Part shown: positions 12,226 to 24,682 of the stretch, piece after piece | Layout of the letters: every line of letters begins with the position of its first letter | Position numbering within the stretch: position 1 is the first letter of the stretch | Origin: Octopus vulgaris | Taxonomy: Eukaryota | DNA length: 64,000 nucleotides | Reading direction: 5' to 3' | Assembly (NCBI GenBank): GCA_951406725.2 | Contig: OX597820.1 | Location: 124,496,001-124,560,000, forward strand | Notes under the pieces: model-generated | Told to the model about the DNA's origin: nothing | Seen by the model: only the letters and a program-made list of their open reading frames with translations | The model's database searches: none | Translations under genes and position numbers: made by a program

Positions 12226-15130
12226 AGTGCCTGTATATAAGTATGTGAGGGCGCATGACTCAGTGATTTGGCTGTTGCACTACGATCATTTCGACACCTG
12301 ACTTGTGATACACAATGTTCCTGTTTAGACAAAGTCGATTTTATGGAAAGGGTGAGATAGTGTAATACGAGAGAGAAAGAGAGAGAAAGAGATAGAGAGG
12401 GAGACAGAGAGAGTGAGAGGGAGGATATATATAAAGAGAACGAATAGAGAGAGAAGTCACAGCAATGACTTCCTGCAACTTTTCTAACGTAAAACTCATA
12501 ATTTACCCATTACACTATTTCTCTCAGTTGGAGATGAGAAATTCGTCTGATTATGACTTGTATATTTTAGTTGATATTCTACATTTATCAGGATTATGCG
12601 TAAGTATTATGGATCCAGTAAAAGAGACATAAAATTAAAATAAAAATGTCGCTGTTGAAAATAAAAATGAATTTCTTACGTCTAATGTCTCAGAGGACAA
12701 TGTACTACGATTCTCAATATAAGAAAATGAAACTCTATCACACACGCTCATACACAGATACACACATGCAGAAAACAGAAGCTATACTCTTGTGCAGTAA
12801 AAATATTCAGTTACTTGAGTATCATTTTACATCGTTATCTAACCTCTTGTAAGTACACAATTTAACAATTGCTATATCTCAACTTTGAATAGTCTCAATA
12901 ATATATATTTTATTTAGACGCAAAGCCTTAAAATGTTCAGGCAGGTGTTTCGCTAGTTAAATCAAGCTTACTTCTTAGTTGCTACTTTATTTTATTCAGC
13001 AGGCTGAATGAAAAAGCAAAATTCCTCCTCGGCCAACCCATAAAAATCTATAGCAACATGGCAAAAGTTATCTCATGATGCTCTAACGATTCTGGCCATC
13101 TACCGTGCATATATCTGTGTCTGCATTGACACAAATCCTCGATTTTATGAGGAAGAAGTTAATAAACACAATCAACATAAGTACTTGACTGGTATTTTAT
13201 TTTCTGGAACAATTAAAGAAGGAAAGACAAAGTTGAACTCGACGGAATATGGGGACAGAAATTACAGATCCAGAAGAAATTTTGGCATCATTTTGTCCGA
13301 AGCCCTTTCGATTATAATTAATACTTATTAGTTTTGATTTAATAACTCTCTATTTGTGCTATTAATCCCCACAATTCCATATTCTGAGATATTACTGTTT
13401 CAATTAGCAATGAGTTTTTTATTGTGTTTGTTAATATTTATATTCCTTCCTTGTTTCGTTGTTTTTAATACCTCACTTCCGCCATTATTCGGGGCGGAAA
13501 CTATTCTCTTTATCAGTTTTAGAAAAAGTACAACATTATTAGATGAGTTACGAATAGCATTCTTCCTGACAATTCCAGTTTCCCAAACGAAAATTTCAAG
13601 ATAAATGAATATCATTATAGAACCGCTGTGAACTTACTTTCCAAAGCATACGTTAATTGCAACGAAAGACTAATATTGGACGCTCAGTGATTCCGAAGCT
13701 AATCAAATACTTCAATTAATCAAAAAAGAAAAAAAAGGGGGAAGAGAATAAAAAAAAAGTTGATGAGCGATCAAATAATTGTAGCTATGCAGCCACTAGG
13801 AAATTAAGGTATGGAGCATATGAGAATTGTGTCTCATAGATATCACTGCAAATTACCTTCATCTGACATGTAAAAAATGATCAAAGCTTCTCATAACAAA
13901 GAACTACAAGAGATATGGGATTCTAGTTCGTACAAGAAATTAATGGTATATATTTATCAAATATCGCAACTGTACACATGGAAATCGTACACAGATATCG
14001 TGAGTTAGTTCAACGTGGATAAGTTTCAATTGGGTTCCAAGTAACTTACTGTGATACGGGAAAAAAGCGTATTTCGCCTATCACGCATGTCCTCTCGTAG
14101 CGTCGGTCCTTTCTTAATATGTAAAATATGTATACGTGTTCATAAAGAGGCATATAGATATAAACATATAGTCGGCCGATAATACTAAAAAAATAAACAC
14201 TTCCATTAGATTGAACATAATTACTGGATAATTTAGATAATGTTTATCAATTGCTTGAAAAAAATTGGATACACATTGGAAGCGACATTTAGACAGAAGT
14301 GGATGTGGCTGAACACAAAATATTCATGGGAAATCTACTTTTAATATTATATATAAGCTTATTCCTATTAGAAATAGTAGGACCTAAACTAATTAGGTTA
14401 TTATGGTAATTAACCTGGATCATGTACCTGATTTAATCACAGAGTTACTGATACTCTTCTTTTTCTTTTGCTCCTCCCACTCCCTTCTCCTCCTTCTCCT
14501 CCTTCTTCTTCATTTTCTAAGCAAGCTTTAAGACTCTTCACAATTATATTGCATATATCACGATCGTTACTAATCAATTTTATTTAATTCATGATTGTCA
14601 AACGGTATATGATTATAATTACCGTCATTAAATGTTGGGACGTATGTTATTCTCTCTTATAACCTGCCATAGCTAGACTTCATTATAGTCGCTAGCAATT
14701 ATGGCCAAATATTTCTGGTTATCAGAATTCAATGATACATGGGAGACTACAAAGATACACTGTTTACTATGAAACTTATTACCCCACTTGGATGATATGA
14801 AAAGCGATTGTCATAAGTTAGACGATAATTTTGTGTGTGTACATGTTTGGAGATGTCTGTCCTAAGATCTAGAGTAATGTCCAGGGAGTCTACTATTTTA
14901 CAGTTGTCCTCAAATTTATTAGACAAATCTCATTCTTAAATTGTCTAATTATTTTTTTCGTAATTCTAACTTTGTCTTCATTACTGGAATTAGATATACG
15001 GACTAAAGTCATATTCTCAGGATTTGAGAAGGACGGCATTCTTTATTATACCCCTTCGTATTAGATAACTATGTGACCTGTTATAAATATATATATATAT
15101 GTATATATTTATATTTGTGTGTGTGTGTGT

Positions 15131-15281
15131 AAAGAAAAGAGAAAATGGAGAAATGTTGATGAAAAACAATTGATTTACATCAATTATTACTTATTAATCC
15201 AATACAAATATACTTATTTAATTAATAAATAATAATTAACGTAAGTCAATTTTCAAAATTCCTCCATTTTCCCTTTTCTTT
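15131..15281. repeat. Inverted repeat, ~45-bp arms
   Basis: AAAGAAAAGAGAAAATGGAGAAATGTTGA... versus ...TCAAAATTCCTCCATTTTCCCTTTTCTTT. Confidence 0.7.
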
Positions 15282-15400
15282 AAAATTTTGATTCTTGATA
15301 CCTCATGCTTATCCTTATCTTTAGCCCTAATTCATGCTTGCAAATATATGCCCATGGTTAAAAATAGGTAATATATGTGTAGTGTAATTGATACTTGAGA

Positions 15401-15648
15401 CTAGTACGATGAAGAAAGGAAATTTTCATACATTGAAGACATAGGTAAGATAATAGAAAGAGGTTTTGAGGAAGACAACCATAATCGTCTTGAGAACAAG
15501 ACGATCATGGTTGTCCAATAATAATTATTATTCAATTCATCTATTGTGTTCTATGTTTCTGAAGGCAATATGTTATAGATATAATTGATAATAAATTGTT
15601 CATTCTATGCATTGCCGGTAGAATGAACAATTAAAATATATATAAAGA
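15401..15648 (-). mobile_element. 248-bp repeat with Helitron-like termini, copy 1
   Basis: Minus strand reads A|TCTTTATATATA...GTACTAG|T; near-identical to 17576-17823; two internal hairpins. Confidence 0.55.
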
Positions 15649-16301
15649 TAATTTGGCACTTGATTGGAAGAAACTCCCAGTTTTCCCCAGTGGAATCTTT
15701 ACCTATTTATATATTTTTAAAGATATAGAAGTACGACATTAATTGTTTTTTTTTTACAATTCTTAAAATAATTTGAGATATTGATTATTAAATGACACTA
15801 AAGGCTATATTTAAGATATGTCTATCGGAAGTATTAGAAACCGCGAATTTCACATGTATACATTTATGCATGAGATTATGAGGGAGAAAAAGAATTTTGT
15901 GACGTTGGTGCTCGCGTTTTTGTTAGTGACGGAGAAATTAAAAATATTTTCAAACGAGATCTTAGACTACCGCAGACAAACCGCCCAATCAGCTACGGTT
16001 TAATTCTTCGGAACACACCTGACAAATTGAATATAACTACTTGCTAAGTAAGAAAAGCGGAAATGCGCAACTAATTTCTGAGTGACGGACTGTATTTAAA
16101 ATAGGTGAGAGTGATATCGTTCTAGTGGACATTAATAGCATAATTATGTGCAAACAATAATTGCATTTCATAACAACAATATTATAAAATTGATAACATA
16201 ATAAAAATTGATAAAAACAATACTATAAAAATGTTAACAATATTGTAACATTTCGGTTTTGGATTTGGTTTGCAAGATTCTTTTTATGAGTTCGTGTGTC
16301 T

Positions 16302-16428
16302 GTTGTGTCTGGGGAGAGTCATTTTCTTTTTATGCCTTATGTGAGAGTCAAGACTATTGAAAAGGTTGCAAGAAGCAACGAAAATTGTTATAAGGCACAA
16401 AAAGAAAATGACACTCCGCAGGCACAAC
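16302..16428. repeat. Inverted repeat, ~39-bp arms
   Basis: GTTGTGTCTGGGGAGAGTCATTTTCTTTTTATGCCTTAT versus ATAAGGCACAAAAAGAAAATGACACTCCGCAGGCACAAC. Confidence 0.7.
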
Positions 16429-16962
16429 GTAATATTATAACAGTAATAGCAAATATATAATTAAAATAACCACCATAGTGCTCTCGTCAACTCAAAAGCG
16501 AGCTTTATTAAACTAAAAAAGAATAATTAAATATTATCCTCTTGTGTGATCAATATGCTCTATGCCATAGCAATCCAAATTACTGTTTAACGAACAACAC
16601 TTAATTAGATCGATGTGCAAAGTTAGTTCAGGTTTAAACAATTAAGACACAATGATTTATATTGTAGTATTACCGTTAATTGGCATTTCATAGCATAATA
16701 AGGACTACGTTCCGTGCACGCGTATAATATATAGTTCTCAACATCAATGCAAACCAAAGAAAAATTTGTTTCATAGCAATGTGAACTTACCGATCCATTC
16801 ACTTTTGAGTGTATGCGTGTATGCATGTATATATGAATGCATGTATGCATGTATTTATATGTGTGTATAAAGATACACGCATATCCATTTGTACAGACAG
16901 GACTTTATCTACACATACGCGCATCTCTTGCTCTTTAATTGTGTGTATATTTCTCTCTATCT

Positions 16963-17287
16963 TAAAGACTCCGCCGGTTACGACGACGAGGGTCCCAGCT
17001 GGTACGATCAACGGAACAGCTTGCTCGTGAAATAAACGTGCAAATGGCTGAGCATTCCACAGACACGTGTACCCTTAACGTAGTTCTCGGGGATAATCAG
17101 CGTGACACAGAGAGTGACAAGGCTGACCCTTTGAAATACAGGTACAACTCATTTTTGTCAGTTCAGTAGACTGGAGCAACGTGAAATAAAGTGCCTTGCC
17201 CAAGGACACAGCGCGTCGCCGGGAATCGAACTCACAACCTTACGATCATGAGCCGAATGCCCTAACCACTAAGCCACGCGCCCTCAC
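16963..17287 (-). mobile_element. SINE family S4 (tRNA head, CORE-like segment) + tail X, full length
   Basis: A box TGGCTTAGTGG, B box GTTCGATTCC, GTGTCCTTGGGCAAG motif; 11-bp TSD TCTCTCTATCT at 16952-16962 and 17288-17298. Confidence 0.9.
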
Positions 17288-17575
17288 TCTCTCTATCTAA
17301 GCATGTAATTAAGCACACAGGTATATGATTAGGCACGCACACACAAACACATATATACGTATAAACGAGTGTATATATCCACTAGTGGCCTAGCGTGTAA
17401 AAAGATTAATCAATAGACTATATATTTTCATATAAATACAGTGTAAATTTAAGTTCAAAAGAAGTATCCGCCATGCGATTACTGGCACGCTAGAAGGAAC
17501 AGCTAAAATCCAAACCACTATTAGGGATAAACTTCAAAGGGAATGAAAAATAAAAACATTTACCATCTATCTCTA

Positions 17576-17823
17576 TTAGTACGATGAAGAAAGGAAATTT
17601 TCATACATTAAAGACATAGGTAAGATAATAGAAAGATGTTTTGATGAAGACAACCATAATCGTCTTGAGAACAAGACGATCATGGTTGTCCAATAATAAT
17701 TATTATTCAATTCGTCTATTGTGTTCTATGTTTCTGAAGGCAATGTGTTATAGATATAATTGATAATAAATTGTTCATTCTATGCATTGCCGGTAGAATG
17801 AACATTTAAAATATATATAAAGC
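17576..17823 (-). mobile_element. 248-bp repeat, copy 2
   Basis: Direct repeat of 15401-15648 with few substitutions; terminal bases altered. Confidence 0.55.
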
Positions 17824-18513
17824 TTGTTGTTATAGCTTGGACCATGGTTTCTGACTGTTTTTAGCAAGTGAAATAATTTGCTAGGCGAAATCTTTATCAA
17901 CAGGTACGCCTAGATTAAACATATAAGTACGAGGCAATCCAGCATGTGCCCCGTGCTTATACTCAGCAGTTTTTTGTCGGCAGCAAATAAAATAATGCCG
18001 GCCTTACTTCGAAAATTTTCTAGAAAATATTACCTATAATTAATAATATCAGGGTAATAAAATTTTATAAATTTCTACTACCAGTGGCCTAGCGTGTAGG
18101 AAAATTAGTCAATGGACTTTATATTTTATTCGCACAAATACAGTGTACATTTAAACACATAATATGTGTGTGTGTGTGTGTCAAAAATAAAACTAAATGA
18201 CATTCACAAAGTAGGTGTAAGTGGTTGAATCAAATATATTTCACAATAATAATTTATGCTATGATTCCATGTAAACAAATTTAAAGTATAGAGAAATTTT
18301 AGGGATCCAACTGATTAATATTCGATCAGCAACGGAAATGTTTAATTACTAAAATATGTATATTTTAAATAAGTGTAGAGACGTATATCTGTGTGTGCGT
18401 ACATGAGGCCTGTCATTCTACGAATATTTTTCGCGATGCGTGTGAGTGTGTGTGGGCGTACGCTAAGCAATTTTTACACACAAGGTTGATTCTTAGTCAT
18501 ATGTATATATTTA

Positions 18514-18856
18514 GTCAATCCTTCGATACAGCTCGGCGAGACGAGAACAGATATTCGGCTGTTTCCGTGACAACTCGACGATTCACTTCGGATATCTTCG
18601 TGATCTTCGTGACAGCTGCTGTGGCATCTGTGTGTGACTGTGCGTGCTTGTTCTTGTCTGTGTGTCTGTGTGACACAAACAAGAACAAGCGTGCACACAC
18701 ACACACACACACACAGACAAGAACAAACACGCACAAACACAGAGGTCACGGCGGCAGTCACGGAGGTCACGAAGATATCCGAAGTGAATTGTCGAGTTGT
18801 CATGGAAACAGCCGAGGGTTTGGTTTCGTTTTGTCGAGTTATATCGAAGGATTGCC
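18514..18856. mobile_element. Palindromic MITE (possibly Merlin-type)
   Basis: ~150-bp arms GTCAATCCTTCGATA...TATCGAAGGATTGCC; flanks TATATTTA / TATATTTC (7/8 match, candidate 8-bp TSD). Confidence 0.8.
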
Positions 18857-19512
18857 TATATTTCTATGTGCCAATTTCTATGTGTTTACTTGTATGATCC
18901 TTTACCTATCTATCTATCTGTCAATCTATCTATCATCTACTATAAATATATTCATTCATGTATATATATACAGGTATTCATATATAAGGAAATGTTTATC
19001 TGTACACATTCATATAAATATACCTATATATATATCCCTCTCTCTCACTCCTCCACCTCCACTCTCTTGTTTCTGACAGGTGACGAAAGACAATCTTTCT
19101 GTCCACTACCTTCCTAAACACTAGACATGCCTATACTGTCTCCTTCATAAGCTCGTCTTCATAGCGTTCATAATAATTCTCCTATCGTCTTGGGTTAACA
19201 GCCCTAACTTTTCTTTTACTGTTTTGTTGTCAATACCAATTTCACCCTACGCCCAAAATCCCAAATTTTATTTAATTTGCTTTGTGGGAAGGACGGTTTC
19301 ACCGAAGTCGCGTATTGTCCTTCCCTTCCAAGGCTGTGTCGATGAAACAGGGACAAGTGAAGAAGGGGAATATTTTTTTATCTTGTATGTTTCGTTACTC
19401 TGTTTGCTTTTTTCGTTGTTCGAAAAAAATTTCGTTTCTATGTTTTACTTTTGATGATTTCGTTTCTCATTGTGTTCAATATTTTTTTATGTCTTGCACC
19501 CATATATGCATG

Positions 19513-19562
<50 letters not shown>

Positions 19563-21235
19563 GGAATGTACATATATGTATGTATATATGCATATAATTA
19601 TATATTATTTATATTATATATATATATATATATATACATACAAAATACATACATGCATATATATATATATACGTGTGTGTGTCTACAAATAAATTATGCG
19701 CGTGTATACACACACATACTCACACAAATACACAAACACACACACGCATATATATATATATATATACAAATGGGAAACAGAGGTGATTGCACAGTAAAAC
19801 AGAACAGAAATTAATTACTACTCGCAGAAACAAAACGAGAAGCGTATAATATGTTATTAATGAAATTAAAAGAAAAGAACCACGAAGAGCTAAATTATCT
19901 TTGTGGAACAGAGTTGGTTGACCTCCAATCAAAACAAAATTCGCAAATAACACTTATAATAAACCAAAATACACTCACCGATACACATACACACATACAT
20001 ATTCACTCATAAACTCATGCACGGATGTATATAATCATACGGAGAAATTATTCATTAATCATTATTCTTCAATCAACTAACTTAGTTATAGTAAATTCTT
20101 CGTAACCATACCGACAAATGTACACATACCACAGTCCCCACTCCCGCAACACATATACACATATACACACATATATACATACGCACACGCATACACATAT
20201 GGATATATACATATCTCTCTCTTTCTCTCTTTACATATATGCATACATACACACATACACACACATGCACACACAGACACATATATATACGTATACATAT
20301 CTCTCTTTTTCTCTTAACATGCTCACACGCGCACATACATATACACATACACACACATATATACATATTGTGTTCACGCGCTCGCGTGCGTGTTTCATTA
20401 ACGTCGCCATCTATGTTCGTACTGACAGTAATTTGAGGTATAACGTATGAAAACAACACAGCATGCTAATACATGGCCTGGTAATGAATCGTGCAGCTAA
20501 ACGCTGCTGGAATCAACTAATAATATTTCCCTGCGAGCTGATTATGATAATGGCGGAGACAGTAGCGATGATTAAAAAAGGTTTTCTATTTAACAGTAGT
20601 ATAGAAGGAAAATGCTTAAGGCATCGGGACATTTAAGACCAAAGGATTCGGGCAAGAAAGCTGATCGTAAACCTGTGTGTATAGAGAGACAAGATTAAGG
20701 AGTCAATCAGATTATCAGTTGCATTTGGATTAATATCCCTTTTTTGGATCCTCATTAACAGGCTTTCTGATTTTAATCCCTTGATGTACATATGTGACTA
20801 TGAGGAAGTATGAAAAAGGATTTTTAAACTCTTGATGGTTAATTTAAAGTGCCGAAAACACAACCATATTACACCCATCAAATAGACATGTAAACGCATT
20901 TATAAATACGACCCTTATTTCTAAATGTTGCCCAATAAACAGGAATAACGAAGCGAAAGGAAGATTTTGATTTCAACGCAAGTATATCAGTCCCATTTAT
21001 GCCTGTTTGTTGTTAAACCGTGAAAGTAAATATATGCACGCATTGAAGTGTTATCACCTGTTGTAAACAAAATGTTTAGAAATTTTTCTTTTATTCTCAA
21101 GTAATTAACTAATAGAAAATGCATGCGTGAATCTCTCTCACTCTCACATAATACACAGACACAGACACAGACACACAAACACACACACTCATACACAAAC
21201 AGACACACACACACATATATATCTATCTATCTATA

Positions 21236-21283
<48 letters not shown>

Positions 21284-21371
21284 CATACATATATATATGG
21301 TGGTGCTACTAAGTTGGACATGGCCTGGGCCAATAATGGCCGAAACCTATCAAAGTATCAAAGTATATATA

Positions 21372-21980
21372 CAGGGTTTGGACAAAATAATGGAAAAAAC
21401 CAGCATCATAGCATCATCATTTTGAAATATCTATAAAGCCGTCAAACGCGTGTTTGTGTTTAAGTTTTCTATTCATTATTAGTGTTGCTTAATATGTTTT
21501 GCTAAATTTGCTGTTCCTTTTCAGATATCATCAGAAAAAGGAAATTAAAATTCATTAAAATAACTGATTTATCGAAATTTCAAAAAGCTCAAATTGTTGG
21601 TGACAAAATGGCAGGTGCTAGCGTAACGAAAACAGCAGAAATGTTTGTTGTATCAAGAAGTACTGTCTCAAAAGTAATAGCAGCCTTTGAGAATTTGAGA
21701 ATGGTGGAAAAGCTTCCTCGTAGAAACAAAACTCCGGAAGAAAACCAAAACTTTCAGATAGGGACCGTTGGATTCTTACGCGAATTGTTAGGAACAATCA
21801 CAAAACTACTGTAGAGCTTAAGAATAACCCCGAGAACTCAGATTCCGCAAAAACTATTTGCCGGGAGCTGCACAAAGCCGGATTTCACGGTAGGGCTGCA
21901 ATCAGCAAACCAATACTTTCAAAACAATCGTTGCAAAGCGTTTAGAGTGGATTAAAAACCCACAGAATTGATCCCTAGAA
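21372..21980 (+). mobile_element. Tc1-like transposon, 5' fragment with transposase N-terminus pseudogene
   Basis: TA|CAGGGTTTGGACAAAATAATGGAA start; DLSKFQKAQIVGDKMAGASVTKTAEMFVVSRSTVSKV (paired-like HTH); ELHKAGFHGRAA; no right TIR. Confidence 0.85.
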
Positions 21981-22014
21981 TATGTATGTAGATATATATT
22001 ACACACACAAACAC

Positions 22015-22337
22015 GCACAGACACACTCAGATGCACACACATGACACACGCGCACATCTAAAGACAGGAAAAACAAGCACACACACCACACACACACCAC
22101 ACACCACATACACACCAGACACCACACACACACGCGCACACAAACGTAAAGTTTTGGACACAGGTGCTTGCTTTAGGTAAACCTAAAACTCCTCGTGTAT
22201 AATCTGTACATATATTGTATAGTCTTCCATTCCCTTTTTCTCGCTTCCCTTCTCACGCTGATCAGCGCGGTGCTGTTCATGTTCCCATTACTGATGTAGC
22301 TTTTCGCTTTAATATACCTGCAAATGTATTCATTTCT
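22015..22337. repeat. ~320-bp dispersed repeat, homologous to 24787-25079
   Basis: Shared TTCCCTTTTTCTCGCTTCCCTTCTCACGCTGATCAGCGCGGTGCTGTTCATGTTCCCATTACTGA and flanking sequence. Confidence 0.85.
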
Positions 22338-22697
22338 TCCTCATGCCACCAGATGTATTCTGCGAAGGATGGTTTGTATATTATAAAGGTGAAATTGTGA
22401 CGTGTAGCTTCTAGTAAGTAGAGGATTAGTAGTATCGATTCGACTGCATTTTTTACATTGAAAGGATCGTTAGAACGATATGTTTAGTTGATAGACTCCT
22501 GTAGCAGAATTTTTCTGTAAGTTTTTGTATGTTAAATCATGTCACATGTGACAAGAAAAGAGGAAATATTTCTTGATAATCTCCGTAAAGTCAAATTATA
22601 GTGAAACAGAAAAATCCAACTACACAGAAAAGTGTTATCACAAAACAATTTTGTACCTTTCTGTTGTTAACAGTATCCCAAGCATTTCGAGTAGAAG

Positions 22698-22927
22698 TGT
22701 AGGCATGTGACTTAGCGTTTGAAATGATGGACTCATCATAAGAATGCGGTTTCGGTGGCTGGACCCGGCGACGCGTTGTGTTCTTGAGCAAAACACTTCA
22801 GCTGGTAAAAACGAATAATCCTACGACGGACCGGCCGTCGTCCAGATGCGGAATTTATGTTACAGAAACAGGAAAACCAACACTTCTGTGTTGGTATGAC
22901 TCGAGAGGAAAACTTTACCTCTACCTA
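22698..22927 (+). mobile_element. Degenerate S4-headed SINE with a different tail
   Basis: CCCGGCGACGCGTTGTGTTCTTGAGCAAAACACTT as in S4; ends ACTTTACCTCTACCT. Confidence 0.6.
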
Positions 22928-23401
22928 TTTGTAGTAGATGTAAGATATATCAGTGATGGACCAGCCTGTTAATTTTATTCCCAGAACTTTCCCATAAAAC
23001 AGCTGTTGTTAATCTTAGTTACTGCCCCAGTATGGTCACTATCTCAACGTCGTACTGGACATCAATTAAATGGGCTACAAAGATTTTGGCCGAAGATCAT
23101 TCTATCTCAAGTATTAGTGTAACGACATTCTTATACAGGTTCGTATATATTTTGGTCTGAATGCATCTTTAATTATCTTTAATACAAAGTCAACATTACT
23201 GGAATATCACATGGAACAGAATTATGATATCATTTGCTTTCGTTAGATGGCAACAAATTATGGTTTTGCTGTTTTCTATTCAGCGCGCATTATTATATTA
23301 TTTCTACACACAAAATTTTACACACGAATAATCCGTAATCAGTGCTGTATGTACGTGTGTATGCTACATTTCAAATATGAATTAATGGTGACTTACTCTG
23401 C

Positions 23402-23454
23402 ATTCAATATTTCAGGGATTAGCGAATGTTGCAACTGTAACCCTCATCAGGAAT
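23402..23454 (-). ncRNA. Type I hammerhead ribozyme motif, canonical core
   Basis: Minus strand ATTC-CTGATGA-GGGTTA...TAATCCCT-GAA-ATAT-T-GAAT; stem I ATTC/GAAT; just 3' of a GIY-YIG fragment on the same strand. Confidence 0.75.
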
Positions 23455-23494
23455 TAGCGAATGTTGCAGGTGTACATGTGTGAGAGCATATGCG

Positions 23495-23830
23495 GAGTAG
23501 ACATGCGCAGAAGCTTGTTGTTATAGCACAAGCTAGCTTCATATAACTCTCTTCTGTTGCCGATAATAATCGTTCTTTGGTGTATTAATATGGATTCGGA
23601 GGTTCTAAGTTTGCCTCTTTTGCGCTCTTTTGTCCTGATGTGCACTGTGAACTCTCGTGTCTGGCATTTTCGCTGATGTTTCTTCACGAAAGTGTCTGTT
23701 TGTACGTGTTTCTGTGTTTTTTTTCATAAGTATGCGCAGTTTTCTTGTTGTGATTCCTATGTAGGATGCACCAGCTAACCTCGTATACAACATAGGCCCT
23801 CTGGCACATTTTGGATCTTAGATGGGGCAA
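23495..23830 (-). pseudogene. Penelope-like element GIY-YIG endonuclease fragment
   Basis: VVYEVS / ASYIGITTRKLR ... KLRTSESILIH across frameshifts. Confidence 0.7.
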
Positions 23831-24532
23831 TTTGATAATGTGCGCTACTCGATGTTGTGAAAGGTGTTGTTCGTGTTCAGAACATTTCTCAGGGCATGGG
23901 AACCTGAGAGTTCACAGAATGTCAAAATATCTCATAAATTAAATGCCAGAATTAACTGTGATAAATAATATATAATAATACTGAAAAGTGAATGAAGTTT
24001 CTGAAAACGCAAAACATTGAAGAGAAAAAGGAACTCTAGATAAATTATTTAAATCAAAGGTGGTATACTGTTGCTGTCAACTTGTATTTTGTATATTATA
24101 CTAAAATGTCGCACATAGAACGCTGCAGGCATGCCATCTTTTAAAACAGCTGGAGTATAGAAAAAGCGGTTGATATGAAATATACATTCCATATGTATCC
24201 AGTTCTATATTAGTGTTGGTCTGAAAAAAGTACAGGAAGCATTAGACAATAAATAATAGTTTTGGCCTTATATTCTACGCCGAAATGCTTAGAAATAAAT
24301 ATGTTTAATACACACGTATAAGCACAGGTCTCTTTCTCTCTCCTTCTCTCTCTTCTTTGCCTTACCCTTTCTCTCCTTCTGTGTGTGTGAGAGAGTATTC
24401 GGATGTGATAAACATACTTGCATATATATGTACATACGTCTATACAAATATATATTTTTATAATATATGTACAGTCTTATGCAGACTCGTAAAACTGAGC
24501 AACATGACACTTTTAAAATTATATTTTGATAT

Positions 24533-24634
24533 AGGCGCCGGAGTGGCTGTGTGGTAAGTGTCTTCTGCTTTAACCTCGGGCCGACCAAAGCCTTGTGAGT
24601 GGATTTGGTAGACGGAGACTGAAAGAAGCCTGTC

Positions 24635-24636
<2 letters not shown>
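24533..24636 (+). mobile_element. SINE S1 5' half (internally deleted); partner 3' half at 25880-26107
   Basis: GGCGCCGGAGTGGCTGTGTGGTAAGT...GACGGAGACTGAAAGAAGCC followed by (TA)n. Confidence 0.8.

Positions 24637-24679
<43 letters not shown>

Positions 24680-24682
<3 letters not shown>

Noticed and set aside
13356-13615. Overlapping ORFs as a retroelement remnant
   Set aside because: No diagnostic RT or endonuclease motif
15900-16094. Possible Tc1/mariner terminus (minus strand TA|CAGTCCGTCACTCAGAAATT)
   Set aside because: No partner TIR or transposase remnant found
18393-19076. 227-aa ORF and overlapping antisense ORFs
   Set aside because: Produced by the GC-richer palindromic MITE plus simple repeats; no domain recognised
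21320-21355. GGCCA-ATAA-TGGCC-GAAAC hairpin as a hammerhead
   Set aside because: No CTGANGA core upstream and no stem I
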